Shown here: piece after piece, positions 1 through 6,344 of the stretch | Layout: each line of letters opens with the position of its first letter | Numbering within the stretch: the stretch's first letter is position 1 | Assembly: GCA_965223505.1 (NCBI GenBank) | Contig: CBDCWP010000028.1 | Location: 1-16,577 of the forward strand | DNA from: Planctomycetota bacterium | Lineage (GTDB): Bacteria; Planctomycetota; PLA2; JAEUHO01 | Length of the DNA stretch: 16,577 nt | Direction of reading: 5' to 3' | Translations under genes and position numbers: made by a program | The notes under the pieces: model-generated | Database searches by the model: none | Told to the model about the DNA's origin: nothing | The model's input: only the letters and a program-made list of their open reading frames with translations

Positions 1-721
1 CGTTGTGCCAGTCGCTCTGATACCCGTGCAGTCCGCGCTTGACGTCGAGCGAGACCCACCACACGTCGTTCGTTCCGAAGCCCGGTGCGTAGTTGACCGT
101 GGGATCGTCGAGCACGGCGAACAACAGATCGGCGGACTCACCGCTCGTGTCGTCCGTCGCGCGCAGCAGGTCGTTCCCCGCGTTGGTGCCCGGCGTCCAG
201 ACGGCGGTGCCTTGCGCGGCGTTCACGCTCGTGAACGAACCGCCGCTGCCGTTGAGAACGACGGAGAATGTGACCGGTCCCGACTCGCCGACTGCGTCCA
301 ACGACACGTCGCGTTCCGTCCAGGCGTCGCCTGCCGTGAGGCCGGAGACGGCCTCCAGGCTCAAGTCGGCGATCGTGACCGTGTAGTCCTGCGTCGCCGT
401 CATCGTGCCGTCGTTCGCCTCGACGGTGAACGGGTACGCGCCGTTCGCGGTCGGTGTGCCCGACAGCAGCCCGCCGGTACTGAGACTGAGTCCGGGCGGC
501 TCGCTTCCGACGACGACGGTGAACGTGACCGCGCCCTGCTCACCGACGGTCTGAATCTGGGTCGGGGTGTAGGCCGCCGTCGTCGTGCCGTCCGGCATGC
601 TCGTCGTCGTGATGCTGAGCGGAACCGTCTGCTGACCGCTGGGCGCCGAGCCGCCGCCGCCGCAGGCCGTGACCAGGCCGGCGATCAAGAGTGCGACGAT
701 GGGCAGTGCGTGGCGGTTCAC
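1..721 (-). CDS. Lipoprotein with putative Ig-like (He_PIG-type) domain; 3' end runs off the window
   Basis: Not in the ORF track because it has no stop in the window. My translation from GTG at 721 (SD-like AAAGGGA upstream) begins MNRHALPIVALLIAGLVTACGGGGSAPSGQQTVPLSITTTSMPDGTTTAAYTPTQIQTVGEQGAVTFTVVVGSEPPGLSLSTGGLLSGTPTANGAYPFTVEANDG. It has a lipobox VTAC, and 'ITTTSMPDG...PPGLSLSTGGLLSGTPT..G.YPFTVEA.DG' is the classic putative Ig domain pattern. The frame is open for 240 codons to the window edge. Confidence 0.88.
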   Translation of the reverse strand, partial: MNRHALPIVALLIAGLVTACGGGGSAPSGQQTVPLSITTTSMPDGTTTAAYTPTQIQTVGEQGAVTFTVVVGSEPPGLSLSTGGLLSGTPTANGAYPFTVEANDGTMTATQDYTVTIADLSLEAVSGLTAGDAWTERDVSLDAVGESGPVTFSVVLNGSGGSFTSVNAAQGTAVWTPGTNAGNDLLRATDDTSGESADLLFAVLDDPTVNYAPGFGTNDVWWVSLDVKRGLHGYQSDWHN

Positions 722-1173
722 GAGATGGGTTCCCTTTCCGCCGGCGGCCGCGCCGCCTGCACCGTCCCCACAGGCCCTTTCGGTCGGGGCCGAGGCTCCA
801 GTAGAGCGAAATCCCTCACGATCGCACAGCTTCGCACGGCGCCGCGGGCCTCGTCTGGCCGAGTTCGAGCGGGCCACGAGCGCCCCACCGGTGCGAATGG
901 CCCGTAAAGCCCTGGAAATGGAGGATTGACGGCTCGGCACGTTGCTGGGGTCTCTCCGCGCTGACTGTCTGCCGATGTCCCTTGTAGCCGGCCCACCCCT
1001 GTGGACGGACCAAACCGCATGGGCCTTCCCGACGCCTCGGGCACGTCCGGCGTCGAACGGCGGCGCGCGCGGGTCCAGCGATGGCCCTTTCGCGCCCCGC
1101 ATCCCTCCGGCGCCCGTGCCTGGATTACGGATTACAACGTAGCGGGCCCCCAAAGGCCGCTCGGGAGATCGAG

Positions 1174-1849
1174 ATGGACAGGACGCTGATTGCAATTGTC
1201 GTAGGTCTCATTGCCGGCGCCGGGGGCGGCTTCATCGGCGGCATGCTGATGCCCGCATCAAGGGTTGCGTCGGCCACGGATGCCGGAAGCACGCGGGACG
1301 TCGAAGCGCGTCTCGACGGCATCGAGGAAGCGCTGCGGGGGCTTCGATCCCGCCGCCCGGCTCTTCAGGGTTCGGGTGATGCCGCGACCGACGCGGCCGG
1401 CCCGATGAGGGACGGCGGCGAGGACGCGTTGATCGCGCAGCTCGAAGAAACGCATGCGCTCCGTGATGAAGGACACGTTGAAGGAGACGTGGGCGGAGCT
1501 GAAGGAAGAGGACAGTCTGCTCGCCTCCGTCGGAGGCAACGCGACGGAGGAACCCAAGCAGAAGAAGGTCATGCCGTTCGCGGAGGTCGCCGCGGAGCTC
1601 GGGTTGTCGGCCGAGGAAGAAGCCGGCGTACGGCGGCTGACGAACGAGCTGGTCGAGGGCGTCTTCGAGATCCTCGCCGGCGATGACGGCGACATCGAGG
1701 CCATCAAGCAGGACTTCCTCGATGCGAAGGGCGACAAGGACGCGCAGCGCAAGCTGATGGGCAAGTACATCGCGCCCGCGATGAACCGGCTTGGCGAGCT
1801 CCGGACTCGCGCGATCGCTATCATGGCGCGATGCGGTATCTCAGCCTGA
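1174..1849 (+). CDS. Hypothetical N-terminally membrane-anchored helical/coiled-coil protein, split by a frameshift near 1450; C-terminus possibly truncated
   Basis: ATG 1174 with GGGAG SD. TM/signal segment MDRTLIAIVVGLIAGAGGGFIGGML. Protein-like sequence runs to ALIAQLEE in ORF 1081..1686 and resumes as (R)MRSVMKDTLKETWAELKEE... in ORF 1454..1849. Removing one A from ctcgaagaaacgcatg joins the two frames. Confidence 0.65.
1819..1824 (+). promoter_or_regulatory. Putative -10 box (TATCAT) for a leaderless transcript of the 1831 gene
   Basis: TANNNT hexamer exactly 6 nt before ATG 1831, with no SD in front of that ATG. Confidence 0.5.
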
Positions 1850-2598
1850 CGGTCCTTTGTTGTGCGGCTCTCACCATGACGTCCGACGGCGTCGCCCTCG
1901 CCGAAGGTCCGCGCATCGACCTGTCGACGGTGTACCTACCGGACGGAGTGGCCAACGCGCGCTTGATCACGGTACGCGGGGAGCTGGGCGGCGCAGGCAC
2001 GCTCGTGCTCGATCCGAACACGTGCGTCACGAACGCGTTCGGCGACCGGACGGTCTGTACCGAGATCGCGCCGCTCCCCATCGAGATCCGCATGTCCAGG
2101 GTGAACGCCGCGGATCCGTCCGGCCGCGGACGTCGGATCTACCGGCTGGATGGAAAGGGCATTCCCGCGGACACGTCGTTCGCGCTGGTCGTCCCGCGCC
2201 GGCGCAGCGAGCCGCATCGTCTCGTCGTGGTTCACAAGGACCGGCGCCGCGCGATCACGCTGGAAGCGACCACGCCGACGACCGACGCGAAAGAGGCGTG
2301 GACGCTGACGACGGGCACATTCCGCGCGGAGCAACGCGACGGCAAGGTGACGATCCGGGCCAAGGGCGAGAACCCCTCGGCCGGCTTCCGTGTGAGGCTC
2401 GAGCGGCTGCCGACGCGCATCTGGCCGCCCCAGTACAAACTCGTCCGGCTGGCCCCCGACGGCGCGACCGCGCAGGTCATCACGCCGTTCGAGGTGAGCG
2501 CGTCGTTCGAGTCGAAGGCGCCGATTCCGGCGGTCATCGTCCACGACGAGGAGGGAACGCATCGGATTCGCGTCGGTCAAGCCGATGATGGGTCATGA
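1831..2598 (+). CDS. Secreted two-domain hypothetical protein with a PrcB C-terminal-like domain
   Basis: Signal peptide MRYLSLTVLCCAALT...ALA. N-domain with Cys pair DPNTCVTNAFGDRTVCTEIA. C-domain GENPSAGFRVRL...PDGATAQVITPFEV resembles the G-x-x-P-T/S-x-G-Y/F...Q-x-I-T-x-P pattern of PrcB_C-like domains. Confidence 0.75.
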   Translation: MRYLSLTVLCCAALTMTSDGVALAEGPRIDLSTVYLPDGVANARLITVRGELGGAGTLVLDPNTCVTNAFGDRTVCTEIAPLPIEIRMSRVNAADPSGRGRRIYRLDGKGIPADTSFALVVPRRRSEPHRLVVVHKDRRRAITLEATTPTTDAKEAWTLTTGTFRAEQRDGKVTIRAKGENPSAGFRVRLERLPTRIWPPQYKLVRLAPDGATAQVITPFEVSASFESKAPIPAVIVHDEEGTHRIRVGQADDGS

Positions 2599-2604
2599 CC
2601 CCGC

Positions 2605-2610
2605 TATCCT
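2605..2610 (+). promoter_or_regulatory. Putative -10 box (TATCCT) for the SH3-M48 gene
   Basis: TANNNT hexamer in the 42-bp intergenic gap, upstream of SD GGAG (2630-2633) and ATG 2641. Confidence 0.4.
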
Positions 2611-2640
2611 GACCCCCTCGGTCGGACCTGGAGCTTTCCC

Positions 2641-4131
2641 ATGCACCGCAGCTTGCTTTGGGCGTGCGCGATCCTCGTCGCACTCTCGGCCTCCCCCATC
2701 GAGACGGCAACCGCCGCCCCCGTCGACGCCAAGGTCGGCGAGACGCGCGCGGTCTTCAAGCGCGCCGGCACACCGCTTCGCGACGACAAGTCGGTCCGGG
2801 CGGGCGTGGTCGTCGTCCTGCCGAAGGAGACGAGTGTCGTCGTTCGCCGGGTGCAGCTGCCCTGGCTGCAGGTGACGGCGACCGTCCAAGGCAAGGGCAA
2901 CGTGTCCGGATGGCTGCGCGCATTCGAGACGGTGCTGCCGTCGGCTTTGAAGCGAAGCGGCGCACCGGCCCATCGAACGACGCCCCGCCGCGGCGGAACG
3001 AGCTCCCGCGACGTCACCGCGGCCGGCCGCCAGCTGGATGCGAGCACGGAGCGCGGCTACCGCGCGTCGCGCGCCGAGCTGGCGCAGGCCTACGCCGCGG
3101 TCGACGCGATGGAAGACGCGACGGCGTCGCTCGACCCGGCCGAGGCCATCGAGTTCATCCTCGAAGGATCGCTGGGGCGGCGCGGTCTCGACTACGCCAG
3201 GCCTGCTCGCGTCCCTGCCGGCAAGGGCGGCGCAAGCAGCGGCGGCTCGCGGCGCGGCAGCGGGCTCGCCGGCAAGATCGGCGGCGAAGTCGTCAAGCGC
3301 CTCGGCGGAAGCCGGCGCGCGGGGGAGGCCGCGGGCGCGGCGCTCAGTGGCGCGGCGCAAATGGCCCAACAGCTCAACGAGCGCTTCACGCCGGGCCAGG
3401 AGTACTACCTGGGTCGCGCCGTCGCGGCGCAGGCCATTGCGAAGTACGGCGTGGACAAGGACGCCGCTCGGCGCCGGTACGTGCGCATGGTCGGCGAGGC
3501 GATCGTTCGCACGAATTCGCGCCTGCCTGCTAATCACGGCGGCTATCACTTCGAGGTGCTGGACAGCGACGAGATCAACGGCGTGAGCGGTCCCGGCGGT
3601 TTCGTTCTCGTGACGCGGGGCGCGGTGCAGGCATGTCGCTCCGAGGCGGAGCTCGCCTCGGTCTTGTGCCACGAGCTCGCGCACTGCAGTAAGAAGCACG
3701 GCGAGGCGACCATCCGAAAGGGCAAGCGATTCGGCGGCATGATCAAGACCCTCGCATCCACCGGCGCGGCGGCGGCAGGCGCCAACGACGTGAAGTTCGC
3801 TGCCGGTCTGGTGCAGTTCTTCGGCGAGGCCGCGGGCGAGATGGCGCGCACCTCGATCGAGCAGGGGTACGGCCGCAACCTCGAGTTCGCCGCGGACGCC
3901 GAGGGCACGTTCCTCCTGTGGGACGTCTACTACGACCACACGGCGCTTCGCAGCTATCTGACCCAGCTCGGCACGCTGAACCGCGGGCACGGCCACGCGG
4001 GCACGCACGCGTCGCCGCAGGTGCGCGCCGGCGCGCTGTCCGCCGCGATCGCGCAGCGACGCCCGTTCACGTTCGACGACGCGACGCGCAGCGCGCGACA
4101 AGCCCGTTTCGACGCGGCGATCCGCCGGTAG
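2641..4131 (+). CDS. Secreted SH3b-domain plus M48-family zinc metallopeptidase fusion protein
   Basis: Signal peptide, then SH3b-like segment (TPLRDDKS...PWLQV...SGWL). Helical segment AAGRQLD..TERGY...YAAVDAME...EFILEGSL, then a Gly-rich linker. M48 motifs: QEYYLGRAVAA, EINGVSGPGGFVLVTRG, EAELASVLCHELAH (HExxH), YGRNLEFAADAEG (third ligand Glu), THASPQVR. Confidence 0.9.
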   Translation: MHRSLLWACAILVALSASPIETATAAPVDAKVGETRAVFKRAGTPLRDDKSVRAGVVVVLPKETSVVVRRVQLPWLQVTATVQGKGNVSGWLRAFETVLPSALKRSGAPAHRTTPRRGGTSSRDVTAAGRQLDASTERGYRASRAELAQAYAAVDAMEDATASLDPAEAIEFILEGSLGRRGLDYARPARVPAGKGGASSGGSRRGSGLAGKIGGEVVKRLGGSRRAGEAAGAALSGAAQMAQQLNERFTPGQEYYLGRAVAAQAIAKYGVDKDAARRRYVRMVGEAIVRTNSRLPANHGGYHFEVLDSDEINGVSGPGGFVLVTRGAVQACRSEAELASVLCHELAHCSKKHGEATIRKGKRFGGMIKTLASTGAAAAGANDVKFAAGLVQFFGEAAGEMARTSIEQGYGRNLEFAADAEGTFLLWDVYYDHTALRSYLTQLGTLNRGHGHAGTHASPQVRAGALSAAIAQRRPFTFDDATRSARQARFDAAIRR

Positions 4132-4164
4132 CGGCTCCGTAGCGGCCTGAAGCCCCCTCAGCGC

Positions 4165-4208
4165 GATCCCGGGATCAAAAACTAGACTGACATGTCAGTT
4201 CTGTGACA
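4165..4208. promoter_or_regulatory. Candidate operator(s): perfect palindromes GATCCCGGGATC (4165-4176) and ACTGACATGTCAGT (4186-4199), plus an extra TGACA half-site (4204-4208)
   Basis: Read directly from the sequence, in an AT-richer patch 40-85 bp upstream of the vWA gene start. Confidence 0.45.
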
Positions 4209-4248
4209 TCGAAGCCCTACGGTGGTCGTGCCCTGAATGGAGGCTCCC

Positions 4249-5754
4249 ATGTTCCGTGTGCTCGAAGCCCTGGCGCACCCCGCGCTACTCATCGCCCTGT
4301 TGTCGTTGTTCAGTGCCTGCTCGAGCGGCGGATCGGCGTCGTACGGCGCGGCACGCGCGCCGGGCGCGTACCCGAACACCACGTACGAGTACGCCGGCAC
4401 GAATCCGTTCGTGGACGCGCGGCGGGACAACCGATCTACGTTCGCGGTGGACGTCGACGACGCCTCGTACACGATCGCGCGCTACTACCTCGACGAAGGC
4501 AACCTTCCCGACGAGGACGCCGTGCGCGTCGAGGAGTTCGTCAACCACTTCGACTACGACTATCCGCGTCCCCGCGACGACACGTTCGCCCTCATCGCGG
4601 ACGGCGCCCCCTCCCCCTTCACGCGCGACACCCATCTCGTTCGCTTCGCGCTGCAAGGGCGCGAGGTGGACAGGCGCTCCGCACCGCCCGTCAACTTGAC
4701 GGTCGTCGTCGACTGCTCCGGATCCATGGCCGATCGCGGCAAGCTCGATCTCGTCCGAGAGAGCTTGCGCATCGTGGCGAGCAACCTGCGGCCGCAGGAC
4801 CGAATGGCCATCGTGTGCTACGCCGACAACGCGTGGACCCAAATGCACGCGACGAGCGGCCGGCACCGGCACGCCATCCACGACTACATCGACCGGCTTC
4901 GGACCCGAGGCTCCACGAACGTTCAAGCGGGGCTCGAGGAAGGCTACCGGATCGCCGCGGGCTTCGCGGACGGCGCCGCGACGGACATGATCCTGCTGTG
5001 CTCGGACGGCGTCGCCAACGTCGGACACACGGAGGCCGACGACATCCTGCGAATGACGAAGGACTACTACGCGCGCGGCATCGGCGTGTCGGCCGTCGGG
5101 TTCGGCATGGGCACGTACAACGACGTGCTGATGGAGAAGATCGCCAATCACGGCGACGGGCAGTACGCATACGTCGACTCGCTGCAGCAGGCCCGCGAGG
5201 TCTTCGGCCGCCGGCTAACCGGGATGCTCGTGCCCATCGCGAATAACGTGAAAGTGCAGGTCGAGTTCGACGACGAGCACATCTCGTCGTACCGGCTGCT
5301 GGGTTACGAGAACCGGGATGTGGCCGACCGCGACTTCCGCGCCGATTGGATCGACGGCGGGGAGGTCGGCTCCGGACACAGCGTGACGGCGCTGTACGAG
5401 GTGACGCTCGCTTCGGGCGAGCGGCGCGAAGGAGCGGCGCTGGCCACATTCACGGTTCGCTACTTCGATCCCGACGGCGTGCCGGAGCGAGGCTCCGAGG
5501 CGCGCGAGCAACGGTACGTGCTGCGAAGCGACGCGATCGTAGCGTCGTTCGACGAGGCGGACCCGGGCCTTCGTCTCGCGGCGGCCTCGGCGCAGTTTGC
5601 CGAGATCCTGCGGCGAAGCCCGCAAGCGCCGCGTACGAACCTGCGCGAGGTGAGCGCGATCCTGCGCCGGTTGCCTGCGCGTCTCGTCCGTTCCGAACAG
5701 GTCACCGACCTCGAGCACCTCGTCGACACGGCCGCGAACCTGCGGCGTTGGTAG
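4249..5754 (+). CDS. YfbK-like von Willebrand factor A domain lipoprotein (vWF_A N-domain + VWA + DUF3520-like C-domain)
   Basis: GGAGG SD (4239-4243) favours ATG 4249 over 4237. Lipobox LFSAC. Motifs STFAVDVDDASY, AVRVEEFVNHFDYDY, MIDAS DCSGSM, LCSDGVANVG, YRLLGYENRDVADRDF, DGGEVGSGHSVTALYEV, AQFAEILR. Confidence 0.93.
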   Translation: MFRVLEALAHPALLIALLSLFSACSSGGSASYGAARAPGAYPNTTYEYAGTNPFVDARRDNRSTFAVDVDDASYTIARYYLDEGNLPDEDAVRVEEFVNHFDYDYPRPRDDTFALIADGAPSPFTRDTHLVRFALQGREVDRRSAPPVNLTVVVDCSGSMADRGKLDLVRESLRIVASNLRPQDRMAIVCYADNAWTQMHATSGRHRHAIHDYIDRLRTRGSTNVQAGLEEGYRIAAGFADGAATDMILLCSDGVANVGHTEADDILRMTKDYYARGIGVSAVGFGMGTYNDVLMEKIANHGDGQYAYVDSLQQAREVFGRRLTGMLVPIANNVKVQVEFDDEHISSYRLLGYENRDVADRDFRADWIDGGEVGSGHSVTALYEVTLASGERREGAALATFTVRYFDPDGVPERGSEAREQRYVLRSDAIVASFDEADPGLRLAAASAQFAEILRRSPQAPRTNLREVSAILRRLPARLVRSEQVTDLEHLVDTAANLRRW

Positions 5755-5768
5755 CGAAAGGAGCCGCC

Positions 5769-6155
5769 ATGAACCTGCGCTTCGACGTCCTCGCTCTCGC
5801 GCTCCTGTTGACGGTCGCACCGCTTTGCGGTTGCAGCTCGTGCCCGCCGGACTGCCGACCGTCGCCCGCGAAATCCGCCGGCGACGCGCTGGAAGGCGTC
5901 GTGATGATCGCCGGCATCATCGTGCTCGCGCCGTTCTACCTGATCTACTTGCTGATCGACGGCCTGACGCCTGAGACCTGCGTACCTTGCGATCCGTGCC
6001 ACCCATGCGATCCGTGCCCACCCTGCCCGCCGCCGTGCTACGAGCTGCCGCCGCCCTGTGACGAACCCTGCCTGCCGCGACGGTACGAGGAGAAGCCCGG
6101 CCACGGGCATCGGCGCGGCGGCGGCAACTGCGGCGGCGGCACGTCCTGTGGGTAA
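5769..6155 (+). CDS. Cys/Pro-rich membrane (lipo)protein, 128 aa, 15 Cys
   Basis: AAAGGAG SD before ATG 5769, 14 bp after the vWA stop. Signal peptide with lipobox LCGC, a second hydrophobic helix VVMIAGIIVLAPFYLIYLLI, then CVPCDPCHPCDPCPPCPPPC and a Gly/Cys tail GGGNCGGGTSCG. Confidence 0.8.
   Translation: MNLRFDVLALALLLTVAPLCGCSSCPPDCRPSPAKSAGDALEGVVMIAGIIVLAPFYLIYLLIDGLTPETCVPCDPCHPCDPCPPCPPPCYELPPPCDEPCLPRRYEEKPGHGHRRGGGNCGGGTSCG
5979..6032 (+). repeat. Six degenerate 9-bp coding tandem repeats (TGCnnnCCn) encoding Cys-x-Pro
   Basis: tgcgtacct tgcgatccg tgccaccca tgcgatccg tgcccaccc tgcccgccg. Confidence 0.8.
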
Positions 6156-6158
6156 GAT
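6153..6158 (+). promoter_or_regulatory. Putative -10 box (TAAGAT) overlapping the TAA stop of the Cys-rich gene; leaderless start at 6165
   Basis: TANNNT hexamer exactly 6 nt before GTG 6165, with no SD. Confidence 0.45.
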
Positions 6159-6164
6159 GCCAAC

Positions 6165-6344
6165 GTGATTCGGTGGTGCTCGCTGCTGCTTCTGATCGCG
6201 GCGCTCGGAACGGGGTGCGCCGCACCGGACCGCGACACACCCGTCGGCCGGGATCTCTCCAACGAGGCACAGGAATACAAGGGGGGCGACCCCGTCCCGG
6301 GGTTCAACGAGGGCCTCGAACCGGCCATGCCAAAGCGCCCCTAG
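6165..6344 (+). CDS. Small lipoprotein, 59 aa (not in ORF track)
   Basis: My translation: MIRWCSLLLLIAALGTGCAAPDRDTPVGRDLSNEAQEYKGGDPVPGFNEGLEPAMPKRP*. Basic N-terminus, hydrophobic core, lipobox-like LGTGC. It fills the gap almost exactly and its TAG abuts the convergent CHAT stop at 6345. Confidence 0.72.
   Translation: MIRWCSLLLLIAALGTGCAAPDRDTPVGRDLSNEAQEYKGGDPVPGFNEGLEPAMPKRP

Noticed and set aside
5..907. 300-aa plus-strand ORF
   Set aside because: It is the antisense shadow of the Ig-like lipoprotein; Arg-rich with no motifs.
935..950. Possible sigma54 promoter CGGCACGTTGCTGG
   Set aside because: The GG-N10-GC spacing is not met.
950..977. Possible sigma28 -10 element GCCGATG
   Set aside because: No TAAA/TCAA-like -35 at 15-16 nt spacing.
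4128..4147. Short direct repeat GTAGCGGC x2 at the M48 stop as a target-site duplication
   Set aside because: Only 3 bp separate the copies and no mobile element is nearby.
5979..6032. CRISPR-like or RiPP precursor interpretation of the Cys repeats
   Set aside because: The units are 9-bp codon-level repeats without spacers, no cas or peptide-modifying enzyme genes (radical SAM, YcaO, Lan) are in the window, and the protein has lipoprotein/TM features.
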